From Malacoraja senta (lineage: Eukaryota), in the NCBI GenBank assembly GCA_038087875.1, contig CM075996.1, positions 5,272,001-5,336,000 on the forward strand: a stretch of 64,000 nt of DNA, written 5' to 3'. Below, one piece after another: positions 49,501-62,124 of the stretch; the first letter of the stretch is position 1, and every line of letters starts with the position of its first letter. The position numbers were made by a program, and so were the translations under genes. Under the pieces are notes generated by a model, which had not been told where the DNA came from, did no database searches, and worked only from the letters and a program-made list of their open reading frames with translations.

Positions 49501-52453
49501 TCAAACATTCTGCCTCCTTCACTAAATAAAGGAGAAGATTGTCAAACAACCAAGCTGATCAAGCAAAGCTCTGGCTCAGGATCCTCGCCCCCACTTTTAG
49601 TAATAATACATCTGAAGGCAGAACAAACAATTCACATCTGGCAATTCCCAATGTCAAATAAAGAGCTTTGGTCATCCATATTTTCAGCTGAATCGCCAAC
49701 TTAGTTATTCTAGGCAGGCTCTCCGAATAAATTAAAATGAATTCTCTTCAAGAGTGGTTTGGAATAAGCCAATTACAGTTTGAACAGTGGGGTAAGAGGA
49801 GACGTGCAAAGAGCAGGAGAGAGCTAGTACGAGGTCGAGAATATCCTTGGGGTGAACCGAGGTTGTCCAACAACCTTGTGGGTTATAACAGCATTAGTCC
49901 TCTTGCATATATTCATAATGTGTACAAGTGCTTCCTTTGATATGCAAACCCCACTTTTATTCTTGTCTAAGATTCTAAAATCTAATTAACTGTTCTAACA
50001 AACCTTTTAATTTGGTCAAATGTTGCAGCAAAAATAGAACTCTGAAATATTAGGATAAAATATTTATCAAACTGACAATCTCATTACTGCCACCCTATTC
50101 ATCTCCGGGACAGAAATAACCAGACTGGTCATTTAAGACATGTTGGAAACTCGTCAAATTAAATATTACTTCTTGCCTCAAGGCCAATGCTTGACGTTTT
50201 TTATAATAAACTGCAAAATAAACACTGCTGCACATGTCTCTGTGTCTAGATGACTGACTAATCAAGCATCTTTTACAACTTCACTTCAAAGAACGTTGTC
50301 AATCCCCTTTGAAGATCCCTCTGTAGCTCCTTCCAAATGTTTCAATACAATGCTCCCAGATAGATGCAGCAAGATCTGACCGACTGTGGCACAGATTCTC
50401 GTTACAGTACAAAGCTGCTGACTACAAGCTTGCTTCAGGGTTCATGAAATCTTAACTGCAGCAACCTTCAAAGTCCCTTAATCTGATCAAGTCAATACAA
50501 TTCTAAAGGGCCACATTCTCCGGAGGGGGGGGGGGGGGAAGTGCCTGAGCATCATTTAAACTATAGCTCGTGACGAGTAGAAAGATCCTGCTAACCAAAG
50601 TTGTTCAGTAAACAAAGTTAAAAGCAGATTCTGCAAGAACCAACCTCAAAACACACTGCGCTGCTTCTTAATAAAATAGGATTGTCCCCTCAACTTATTA
50701 CCATGGGAGCAGTATAGGTAACAGCGGCGTACTAGTTGAACACTCAAATGACTCGGGCATCAGATTCAATTCTTCACTTTCACGAACCTGAAAACTGAAG
50801 GGAGACAAAAACAGTATAGCTTTTCAACGACTGGTGGGATGTAGCGTTTACTATAAGGTGCTGACTAGTAGGATAGCCATATAGCATATGAACTAGAATT
50901 TGGTCACTTGCATCCTTTCTAGAGGATTAGATTCCACCAACATACATGGATCTGGCACGTTACTCTACAGCTAAAAGCAGGAACCCAATGTGCAGCAGAG
51001 TTTAACAGATAACTTGCTTCATGCATTTAATAGCTGACCTGTTTTGGACAATGTCTGGGCTCCATGGTTACTCAAATCCTGCTCCCATTTTTGTTGAAGC
51101 TAGTCAGTTATCGCTGCAGCTACATCTAGCATCTGAGGAGAATATCTTGCATCACCCCATCGTAGAAAATGTGCTACCCCAAAGCATAATGGGGGCCCTT
51201 CCGCCATCAAAACCTTGATCCCACTTTTAATAAACCTAGTGCAGCTTCATCTCCTTGCGTTTGCAGAAAGAGGAGGAAAAATAGCTCGGATCAAAAGAAC
51301 CCAGCCGGAAAAAAACAAAGGGGGGCGTCGGCCAGAAATCCAGGGTTCAAAATTCAAAAAAGGTATTAGGGGAAAGATGTTGCACTTGGGATGCAAACAC
51401 CTAGCCTCTCTGCAACATTGAACTGCCTCTGTGACCATTAGCCGACCCCCAAGCAGGCCGAGATAGGAGGAGGCTCTCGGTACGATGGTGATCTTCAATG
51501 TAGAACGTGTTACTTAGTACAACTAAATGTTATTAGTCCTTGGAGCATGACGCACAGCTTCACAGGATTGTTTGTTGTTTTTTTGCTAGTTGCCACAATA
51601 CAGTAGTAATTTGAATTAGGAGATCAACGTGGATGAAGACCTTCAAAAAGCCCTTTAACCAAGATGGCAGATTCTGTTGCAGTGCAGAGCGAGGTGTTCT
51701 TGTTGACAAGACTTGCTGAGTTTTAAGAGAGAGAGAGAGGTTGCGAGATCACACAGAATGAATTCCATAACTCCACAGACATCCGGCTGGATCTGGGTAC
51801 GACACTCCCACTGCTTTAAGATGCTTCTTTTTGGCAGAATTCTGCTTCACAAATGAACCTGCCCAAACCTATTCATCAGTAATGGCTTCTCATCCCACAG
51901 CACTACAGCGACAATTAAAATTAAAAAAAAAAAAGTGGGAAATGTGTTCTCCTAGCAACCCTGATCCAGCGCCTACTTACCAACTACAGTGCAAAATGAA
52001 ACACAGATAAGATACTGGCACAAGTGTGAGGTAATGCCCCAAATCCAACTGCTGTGAAAAACTGATAATACTACCTATTACATATTGTGACCTTTATTTT
52101 ACTCAAATTTGGAGTATTCTAAATATTTCAGTATTCCACTTTTAAGATGGACTTTTGGTGCCATGTTTCCCAAGGGAGGAATATAATATTCTCAACAAAA
52201 AAAAAAGGTTTAATTAACTCGGGTGGTGGGGGGGGGGGGGGGAACCCCCCCAAAAAACCTACAACCTATCAATGGATTGCAGTTTGCGACTTGAACGATT
52301 TCAAAGAAAATTTTGAAAACTTCGGATTTGATGATGAAAGTGGGATTGGAGGCTTAACTTTAAACTGTTCCCAAAGTGCTCTTCCACACGATATATTAGT
52401 GTCGGCCTTCTTTGAGTTCTATGTATAGAAAGGGTTCTTCACTAAATATTTTT

Positions 52454-53368
52454 TTAGTTTGCCAAGACAACAGGCTGAAATGGCTGGTTAGGATACTGCA
52501 TGGTATTCAAGTTGAAGTCGAGTCCTTCCACAAACGGGGCTTTCTCACCCAGGTTGTTGTTATTGTAGATTGGTGGCACCTCGAAGGCATTGGGGAAGGG
52601 CGCCGGCCCGGAGGACGACTGGTTCTCATTCCCGAAGTACAAGCTCAGTGAACCCGGGTAGACAAACTCCTTGGCATTGGGGGAGAGGGAGGATGGTGGG
52701 ATCTGGTTGCTGCCGAGGACCAGCGAGTGCATGGATGTGGACAGACCCTTCTGCTTAATCAGGCCGTTGGTCGGAGAGCGGGCCATTCGGCGGCCTCCAG
52801 TTTTCATCTTGGTGGACCCAAATTTGGTGGCAGCGAAGGCTGCAGTGGTGAACGTGATTGGCTGAGTAGACCTGGGGATGAAAGTGGGGCTCACCGAATT
52901 CCCAAAGGATGGAGAAGGGGAATTAGACAAAGAGTTGCCCTGGTCAGTGATAGGTGTGAAAACTTGGGCCTCTGGGTTAAAGCTGCTCTTTATTTCTTTG
53001 TCCAACTCCGCACTCTCATTGTCGTCCATGTAGAGGACCTTCACAGCCCCCTTCTCACCAATCTGATAGGACACCTCGAATGGATCAATCCAAAGGCTCA
53101 ATTCTTGGGGAACATTGGCTCGAATATCATCTATATCCAACCCACTCCTCCTTGCCGCCTGCTCGATGATAGGGTCCACAGTCTCTCCGATATGGACACA
53201 CCTGTAGCCAGATCCTTTCAGGGGGTTTTCTAGGTACCAGTGGCCCTCATATTTCTGTTTCAGCAGCCGCTCCAGCTCCTCCCCAAAGAGGTCTGCACGT
53301 CGTCGGGGTAATTTGTTGTACAGGTAGGAGATTATGAAATTTAAAGCCACTTTGATCTCCAAATGCAT
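52454..53368 (-). CDS. TOB2: Transducer of ERBB2, 2 (BTG/Tob family; CAF1- and PABP-binding deadenylation adaptor), 304 aa, intronless CDS
   Basis: N-terminal BTG domain [36 protein letters not shown] (RRRADLF is TOB2-type); box [17 protein letters not shown]; two PAM2 motifs [12 protein letters not shown] and [13 protein letters not shown]-terminus FQPVVLAN. Confidence 0.97.
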   Translation of the reverse strand: MHLEIKVALNFIISYLYNKLPRRRADLFGEELERLLKQKYEGHWYLENPLKGSGYRCVHIGETVDPIIEQAARRSGLDIDDIRANVPQELSLWIDPFEVSYQIGEKGAVKVLYMDDNESAELDKEIKSSFNPEAQVFTPITDQGNSLSNSPSPSFGNSVSPTFIPRSTQPITFTTAAFAATKFGSTKMKTGGRRMARSPTNGLIKQKGLSTSMHSLVLGSNQIPPSSLSPNAKEFVYPGSLSLYFGNENQSSSGPAPFPNAFEVPPIYNNNNLGEKAPFVEGLDFNLNTMQYPNQPFQPVVLAN

Positions 53369-53430
53369 GCTTGATATGGTGACTGGGGGGGAAGGCAGTG
53401 TAGAAAGAGCTTCAAATCTTCACACAATTC

Positions 53431-53457
53431 CTTAAAAAGGAGAAAACGAGCAGTTAG
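53431..53457 (-). promoter_or_regulatory. Splice acceptor of the TOB2 coding exon (exon starts at 53430; upstream non-coding exon not found in window)
   Basis: Minus strand reads CTAAC (branch point) tgctcgttttctccttttt AAG|GAATTG, 62 nt upstream of the ATG. Confidence 0.85.
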
Positions 53458-53614
53458 TTTACACAAACATGTTCGGTGTGCAAACATTCAGCTTTAAAAG
53501 GAATGGCTTACACAAGAGTTCATTTTAAGCACGATTAGGGCACAGATTCAAGTCTAGTTTCAGTCATAACACCTAAACACAACAAATTAAAGAGAAATTC
53601 CACAATGAGTGGAA

Positions 53615-54205
53615 GGTTAATTACAAGGTTAATTCCCGGGATGGCGGGACTGTTGTATGCTGAGAGAATGGAGCAGCTGGGCTTGTACACTCTGGAGTTT
53701 AGAAGGATGAGAGGGTATCTCATTGAAACATATAAGATTGTTAAGGGTTTGGACACAATAGAGGCAGGAAACATGTTCCCGATGTTGGGGGAGTCCAAAA
53801 CCAGGGGCCACACAGTTTAAAAATAAGGGGTAAGCCCTTTAGAACGGAGACGAGGAAACACTTTTTCCTCACAGAGAGTGGTGAGTCTGTGGAATTCTCT
53901 GCCTCAGAGAGCGTTGGAGGCGGGTTCTCTGGATGCTTTCAAGAGAGAGCTAGATAGGGCTCTTAAAGATAGCGGAGTCAGGGGATATAACCATATAACC
54001 ATATAACCATAACAGCACGGAAACAGGCCATCTCGGCCCTTCAAGTCCGTGCCGAACATTTAAATTTTTATTTTTTTATTTTTATTTTTTAAGGGGAGAA
54101 GGCAGGAACGGGGTACTGATTGGGGATGATCAGCCATGATCTCATTGAATGGCGGTGCTGGCTCGAAGGGCCGAATGGCCTACTCCTGCACCTATTGTCT
54201 ATTGT
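53615..54205 (+). mobile_element. CR1-type LINE 3' fragment in the TOB2 intron; same subfamily at 46080-46368, 55112-55422, 63013-63432; related copy at 57997-58372 (all -)
   Basis: RLIPGMAGLLYAERMEQLGLYTLEFRRMRGYLIETYKIVKGLD..; tail cctattgtctattg. Confidence 0.9.
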
Positions 54206-55807
54206 CCATTGAGTGATAGCCAAGAAGGGTCTCGCCCATTCTTTCTCTCCAGGGATGCTGCCTGTCCCAATGAGTTACTCCAGCATTTTGTGTCTCTCTT
54301 AGAAATAAGATTAGTTTGGTTCAGTTTCTAAATGGGTCAAAGGATGACAACATCTAGGGAGCAAGTTACCATTGGTTTGGTCAACGGAGCCATGCATGGG
54401 TTTTCCAAAAGAGGATTAAGAGAAAACAAAAAGAATTTAAACGAAACCATTGACAATCCATAAATCTCACCTACACATTGCATGAAGAGCTTTCCTTCAG
54501 AGATTATTTCAATTTGTGTTCAAAAATCACAAAGCATTCAGACAGAGGAAATAAAATGAAATTTGTTGCTGGAAGAGGTATCATTAGAAGACAGATTTAA
54601 GATAATTAGCAAATGAATTTTAAAAAACACACACACAATCTGGCATCCATTGCCAAATCAGATTAAAAAACAGAGCTGATAGATAAAGGACAGGAGAGTG
54701 GGAGTAATTGAAGTGTACATTAGGAGAGCTGGCAGTCACATTTGGATGGGTGTCCTCCCCCTGTGTTGTATCATAATGGAATTCCACCAGTGAAGCAGAG
54801 CAACACATTCAACTGAATCCTCCTAGCAACAGGCTTATAATCACCAGTCCTTCACCTTCCTGTACAGTTCAAAGTGTTCTTTCCAGACACGGCCCCCGTT
54901 GGAATGGACAAACCGTACTGCTGACCAGTTACAAACATTCAGAAGGCACAAGATATTCACACTTGCATCCGAGATCCTTGTAACAATGTCGGCTGGCAAT
55001 GAGCAACACCAACAGAGTGCACCGCGGTTTCTCAGCACCTTCCAAACCTTTGCCTCCGAGGATAACTTAGAGTGCATTGGAACACTCATCCGCACACACT
55101 GTCCCGACTTGGAAATAGACAACAGACGCAGGAGTAGGCCATTTTGGCCCTTCGAGCCAGCACCACCAATGTGATCATGGCTGATCACCCCCAATCAGTA
55201 CCCCGTTCCTGCCTTCTCCCCATATCCCCTGACTCCGCTATCTTTAAGAGCCCTATCTAGCTCTCTCTTGAAAGCATCCAGAGAACCCGCCTCCACCGCC
55301 ATCTGAGGCAGATAATTCCACAGACTCACCACTCTCTGTGAGAAAAAGTGTTTCCTCGTCTCTGTTCTAAATGGCTTACTCCTTATTCTTAAACTGTGGC
55401 CCCTGGTTCTGGACTCCCCCAACTAATAGTTTAGTTTAGAGATACAACACAGAAACAGGCCCTTCAGCCCACTGAGCCTGCACCGAACAGCAATCCCCAA
55501 ACCTTTACCCATACCACGAACACTATCCCACACACTAGGGACAATCTACAATTTTTACCAAAGCCAATTAACCAACAAACCTGCACATCCTTAGAGTGTG
55601 GGAGGAAACCAGAGCACCCAGACAAAACAAACCCGATCATGGGGGAGAATGTACAAACTTCATACAGCCAGCACCTGTAGTCAGGATCGAACCCTGGTCT
55701 CTGGCGCTGTAAGGCAGCAACTCTACTGCTGTGCCACCCCTTAAGTATCCTATTATTGGATATAGGATTTCAGAAAAAACAAGAGCTTTGTTTATTGGGA
55801 AGGATAA

Positions 55808-56121
55808 TAGCCCTGTCCCACGGTGCGAGTTCATTCCAAGAGCTCTCCCGAGTTTAAAAAAAATCAAACTCGTGGTAAGCACGGAGAATGAACGTAGCGG
55901 GTACGTCGGAGCTCGGGGACGTCTCTTAGCGCTAACGGCAGGTACTCGTGAAGACTCGCTAACGGCAGGTAAGCACGGGAAGATTTTTCAACATGATGAA
56001 AAATGACCACGAGAGCCCCGAGTACCGACGAGTGGCCATTACCGTAAATCTCCGAGTTCGAATCAGGGCAAACTCGGGAGAGAGAGCTCTTGGAAAGAAC
56101 TCGTACCGTGGGACAGGGGTT
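55808..56121. mobile_element. PIF/Harbinger-like MITE, 314 bp, TAA TSD
   Basis: taa|TAGCCCTGTCCCACGG...CCGTGGGACAGGGGTT|taa; about 48-bp TIRs. Confidence 0.9.
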
Positions 56122-56846
56122 TAAGTCACCTGAAATAAAGTAAAGTTGTACGCTTCGTTTATTCTTTATACAATTTTGAACATAAAGATTCCATGGACTA
56201 CAACTCTGAGCATGTTCAAATCTTACAATAACCTTTGCTGTTAATGTAAAATCTACTTAACTTCAACTGGTGCCAGTAGATGATAGATCTCTGTGACATA
56301 CAATCACCAGTGGGATCTTAATGGCAATGCTCCAAGTAAGGACTGCCGTAAGAGAAGCTTATGCCAGTTCTGTGTTCTATCTACATACATCCAGCTAATG
56401 AGCAGTCTTGTAGCCGGGGCATCCGGTTCCAAGTAATTACATTAAAAAGCATTCGCTGCCAAGAGGATGGGTTTGAGAAATGGGATCATTCCCCAAAATC
56501 ACATCATTCAAAGTCGAGTGGAGAGAATGCTGCCAAGGTCACACCAAGGAAACAAGGCACTGCAGTCGGATTTGATCAGACGCTGCACAAGCAGAGGTGG
56601 GAACATGGCATTCACATTTTGCATTACCCCTCATAAGCAAGAGGACAGATTAAAAAACAACACAAGCGATTGATCTAACATTTTGTTAGGAAAGCATCTG
56701 TACTGCAAGGGACTAACATTTAGAAAGGAAGTGGGTGCAGAGTGGTGCAGCTGGTAGAGCAGCCATCTCACAGAGGCAGAGACCCAGCTTCCATCCTGAC
56801 CTCGGACGCTGACTGTGTGGAGTTTGCACGTTCTCCCTGTGACCTT

Positions 56847-57089
56847 TTGAATTCTCTGTGAACATTGAATTCTCCCAATTTTGCTAGCCCTTGCTGTCTC
56901 CTCCCCTTCCTCAGCCCTCTGGTTGTCTCCTCCCATCCCTCAGCCCTCGGGCTCCTCCTCCGCCTTTTTTCCTTTCTTCTCCCCACCCCCGATCATTCTG
57001 AAGAAGGGTTTCGGCCCGAAACGTTGCCTATTTCCTTCGCTCCATAGATGCTGCTGCACCAGCTGAGTTTCTCCAGCATTTTTGTGTAC
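56847..57089 (+). mobile_element. PLE 3' end with hammerhead motif (56998-57025) inserted in a SINE
   Basis: 14-bp direct repeat ctccctgtgacctt (56833-56846, 57090-57103). Confidence 0.85.
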
Positions 57090-59154
57090 CTCCCTGTGAC
57101 CTTGTGGGTTTCTTCTGGGTGCTCTGGTTTCCCTCCACACCCCAAAGACGTGCAGGCTTGGAGGTTATTCGGCTGCTGTTAAAGAGTGTAGAAAGTGGAT
57201 GCGAAAATGGGATAACAGAGCCCGTATGAATGGGTGACCGATCGATGGACAACGCAGACTCAGTGGGCCGGAGGCCCTGTTTCCACGCTCTATATTTAAA
57301 CTAAACATCCAACCAAAACAGATTCTGGAAACCATTTGCTGTAGAGTTGGGTTCTGGATAGCAAATGCTTCCTCAAGGATGTTAAAGCCACACAAAATAA
57401 AAAAACAGCAGAACAGTTCAAATGTTATAACCCCATGATAATAATGGTGCTCTTTTACACCTCATTTATTAGAGCAGTAAGCTGTGTAAGAACTTGAGAA
57501 TGGATGTTGACATTACTGAAAGGTTTTTATACGCTCGAGATGTCCCCAGCTATATATTGATACACAACTGTGGAGCTGATTATTACAGAACTGGACAAAG
57601 GAAGAGTCCTTCAAATGCTGCTTGTAACATCGGCAACACAAGGCAATGCAGGAAGGCACAGAAGCCAGCACCACACCAACACAACAAAACAAATCACCAT
57701 CACAATGATCAGCTTCACAGCAGATGAACTTTAAAAACAGCTCTGTTCGTGCTGTACGGATTGGAGTGGAGGAAAGCAGAGCCCGTATTTTATTTTAATT
57801 GACAGCGAGAGACAGAACAAACCTAAAAGGCCCATCAATTTTGCATGTTATGACTGACCATCTTATAAACAAATTCAAGACCAATAACACAGTGGTGATT
57901 CAGGAACCTGGTATGGGTAGTGAATGATGTATTACGCCAAGAAAATACTGGCAGATACTACTGACTACAGGGGCAATACAGGTAAATGTAGAAGTTACAT
58001 AGAAACATAGACAATAGGTGCAGGAGTAGGCCATTCGGCCCTTCGAGCCAGCACTGCCATTCAATGTGATCATGGCTGATCATCCAACTCAGTATCCCGT
58101 GCCTGCCTTATCTCCATACCCCCTGATCCCTTTAGCCACAAGGGCCACATCTAGCTCCCTCTTAAATATAGCCAATGAACTGGCCTCAACTACCTTCTGT
58201 GGCAGAGAATTCCAGAGATTCACCACTCTCTGTGTGAAAAATGTTTTCCTCATCTCGGTCCTAAAAGACTTCCCCCTCATCCTTAAACTGTGACCCCTTG
58301 TTCTGGACTTCCCCAACATCGGGAACAATCTTCCTGCATCTAGCCTGTCCAACCCCGTAAGAATTTTGTAAGTTTACAATTGAACACGGCACAAGTTTAC
58401 AACTGAACACTGCACCATAACGATGTGGAAGGCAGGCAGCAACATTGGACAGCTTAAAACTTGAGCATTCCACAATACAACCTGTGGAATTTAGTCTACA
58501 CCCATGTTTAACTTTTGCAATCACTTTCACAATCCACATCAAAGATATTTTGGCATTTTTAAAATTCCTTGTGTATCTAAACCCAACTGTACAACTTCAT
58601 TTTTAATTGACTATGTTTGCATTCAGACATTAATTGGTATACACTAAATCCAGCAACATCCTTGATGTCGCAAGTGTTATGCTGATTAAAGACTAATTTG
58701 AGGATACGAGGAAACACAGATGCCGGTATAATTTTAATCAGACTAATTTGAACCGTGTTAACTACCACACGCACATGCAAATTGTGTTAAGATCCGAATA
58801 TGTCGACCACCCTTTTACCTGTCCCACTTACGCGACCTATGGTCGCTGAGTTTCTCCAGCACTTTTGTCTACCTTTAATAACTATTTAACTTCCAACTCT
58901 TAGAGGCAACTTGCCTTCTCCTCCCCACCACAAGAATCTGGGACCCCCTCACACAACATTCAGGAGACAACTCTTAATGTGAAACACAACATAGCAAGTA
59001 ACACTTGTGAGTGGTAACGAGTCAGAACAGAGCCCAGCCCAGTCCACTGCAGTCACCTACTGCCGTTTCCTTGTTGGATTCACTGGGTTGTAATCAGGAG
59101 CAGAACGCTGGCGGAGTGGGGTGAAGCAGTAGAACAATGTCAATCACAAGTCTA

Positions 59155-59791
59155 AGGGTCTGTCCCACTTATGTGTCCTTGGCACGCAAATTACGCGACC
59201 TCATGGTCGCGTTGAGCCGCGACGGTCCCGCCCGATTTCATGCGTACGCACAGCCGCCTGGAGCGCGTGACGTCATTTGAAGATGGACACAAAGCTGGAG
59301 TAACTCAGTGGGACCGGCAGCATCTCAGGAGAGAAGGAATGGGTGACGTTTCATGTCGAGACTCTTCTTCAGGCTGAAAAGAAGGGTCTTGACCCGAAAC
59401 ATCACCCATTCCTTCTCTCCAGAGATGCTGCCGGTCCCGCTGAGTTACTCCAGCATTTTGTGACTATCTTCAATTTTCTTGGCCCTGCTCTGGGAGTAGG
59501 AGTGGAGGCGGATCCGGACCGCAACAGCCGTGAGCCCCAGGCCGAGCTCGGCGATCGTTTGCCTGCTTCTGCTCCTGTTGGAGGTGAGATGTTGCGTCGC
59601 GCCAGGGTCTTGGGCCTGTCCCACTTTGGCCGTCAGTTACACGACAGACACAAAAATGTCGGAGCCCCGAGCAATGTCACGCACAACTACATACCCTGCC
59701 GCGCTTCAGTGGGACCGGCCCCCGCGCGGCTCAACGCGACCACGAGGTTGCGTAATCTGCGTGCCAAGGACACGCAAGTGGGACAGGCCCT
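59155..59791. mobile_element. PIF/Harbinger-like MITE containing a palindromic PLE-derived segment (about 59280-59470)
   Basis: cta|AGGGTCTGTCCCACTT...AAGTGGGACAGGCCCT|tta; about 65-bp TIRs. Confidence 0.85.
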
Positions 59792-60615
59792 TTACTGATA
59801 TTGCAGCACGATCAGTGATCAGGTTGGTTCAGCCATATTCTTACACATATGCAAGAACAAAGCTGGCCCAGTCAGCTTGAGGCAAGGATCCTGCGGTCAG
59901 ATTTAGTCCAGTTTACAGATACAGCGCAGACACAGGCCCTTCGACCCAGCGATCCCCGCACACCAACATTATCCTACACACACACACACTAGGGACAATT
60001 TACAATTTTACCAAGCCAATGAACATACACACCTGTACGTCTGCAGTGTGTGGGAAGAAACTGGAGCTCCCGGAGAAAAACCATGCAGGTCACGGGGAGA
60101 ACATACAAACTCCACACAGACAGCACCTGTAGTCAGGATCCAACCCAGGTCTCTGGCGCTGTAAGGCAGCAACTCTACCGCTGCGCCACTCACAAGGAAA
60201 TCAACCCAATGGGCCAGGGGGGTCCACAATGACCATCCAGCACCCACCTTCTCATCCACTCCCGCCACAGTAGGGGCATTTTACAGAGGGCGATTACCCT
60301 ACAAACCCACATACACAGCGACCACCCGTGGTCAGAGGGAGAAGGTGCAAACTCCACAGACAACAGCCACACCCAAGGTCAGGGTCGAACCCGTGTCTCT
60401 AGCACTGTGAGGCAGCAGCTCTACCAGCTGTGCCACCAGGGTAGAATTAATTTGAGCTTGTCAAATATACGTTGTCATTCTCCTCCAGAAACACTCCTTC
60501 TGCCAGCATACAGAAGGTTTCAAATCACTTTACTGCCTTTCCCTCTCTCTTCCCCCACCCCACCCCCATGTGGCACATGCTGTGTACCAGGGTTGACAAT
60601 AAACTGCCCCCGTAA

Positions 60616-60877
60616 TAGCCCTGTCCCATGGTACGAGTTCATTCGAAGAGCTCTCCCGAGTTCTAAAACAATCAAACTCGTGGTAAGCACGGAGAATGAA
60701 CGTAGCGGGTACGGGCAGGTAAGCACGGGAAGACTCGTGAAGATTTTTCAACATGTTGACAAATGTCCACGAGAGCCCCGAGTACCGACGAGTGGCCTTT
60801 ACCGTAAATCTCCGAGTTCGAATCAGGGCAAACTCGGGAGAGCTCTTGGAATGAACTTGTACCGTGGGACAGGGGTT
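60616..60877. mobile_element. PIF/Harbinger-like MITE, 262 bp, same family as 55808-56121, TAA TSD
   Basis: taa|TAGCCCTGTCCCATGG...CCGTGGGACAGGGGTT|taa. Confidence 0.9.
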
Positions 60878-61651
60878 TAACTCTGCCAATTCTGGGCAGT
60901 AAGCATTTGAAGTGCAACTTCACAGCCCATTAACAAGAGATGAGATGGTGTCGTTTCAGATTAACTCTTCCATTCCAGTGTAGCATCAGATGAAATTCTC
61001 AGCTGTTTTCCCAATGAGCCAACACATTGGTATAATAATGAGACATAGATAGGGATAGAGAGAATCTTGAAAATATCAAATACCGGAAGGTAGAGCTTTA
61101 AGCTATAAGCAAGAGGAGTAAAGTTTAAAGGAGATGTGCAGGGCAGGTTCTTTATTTAAACACAGAGGGTGGAATGTGCTGCTGGGTTGGGGGGTGGTGG
61201 CAGAAATGATGGTAGGTTTGAGAGGCTTTGGGAATGGAGGGATATGGAGACACAAGTTGGTCTTGGCAACATGTTTGGCACAGACATTGTGAGCTGGAGG
61301 CCCGTTTCCTGTGCTGTACTGTTCTCTGTAATAAGAAAAATAACAGCCACATTGGGCTGCGGAGGCCAAGTCCATGGGTGTTTTTAAGGCGGACATTGAC
61401 AGATCCTGGATTAGTAAGGAGATCAGGGGTTATGGGGCAAAGGCAGGAGAATGGAGTTGAGAGGGAAAGATAGATCAGCCGTGATTGAATGGCAGAGTAG
61501 ACTTGATGGGCCGAATGGCCTAATTCTACTCCTAGAACTTATGAACATGAAAAGGGGGTCATTTTCTCTGCAATAAGAAAAATGTAATTTTTCCAAATTT
61601 TTGTAATAAGTACAAATGTTTTTCACAACCCCAATGAAGCACAAAGATTTA

Positions 61652-62124
61652 AGGCTCTGTCCCATGGGCTTGCGGTCATTGGCGGTGAAGCGCGGCGTCG
61701 CCGGAAGAGGGGACCGCATGGCAACCACGAGAGCGCCGCACGGATGCTGCCCGGGGGGCCGAGTGATCTCCGTACGGCCGGTTCCACGAGCTTGCGGCGT
61801 CGGGTGATGACGTCATCGCGCAACGCGACGCGCTGACGTCTTTCGGATCGCGGGGCTCTGTGGCGGCGGCCGTGCCGCACACGTGCCTCACTGGCGGCGG
61901 CTGTGGCGGTGAAGGTTCGACTCGCGGCGTTCGTGCCTCACTGTGCGGTAAGAAATTATTTTTGAACATTGCTGACTTTTTGTGAGCACCGTGCGGTGTT
62001 GGGACCAACGCCGCACAGGCCTCGGCAGTTTGCGTTTGACCGAACCCGCGGTCTCTGGCGGTCCAAGAGCGGTAGATACTTCCTGTATCACCGCCAATGA
62101 CCGCAGACTCGTGAGACAGGCCTT
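61652..62124. mobile_element. PIF/Harbinger-like MITE, 473 bp, TTA TSD
   Basis: tta|AGGCTCTGTCCCATGGGCTTGCGGTCATTGGCGGTGA...TCACCGCCAATGACCGCAGACTCGTGAGACAGGCCTT|tta. Confidence 0.88.

Noticed and set aside
52727..53233. 168-aa plus-strand ORF antisense to TOB2
   Set aside because: Typical antisense shadow of a coding exon.
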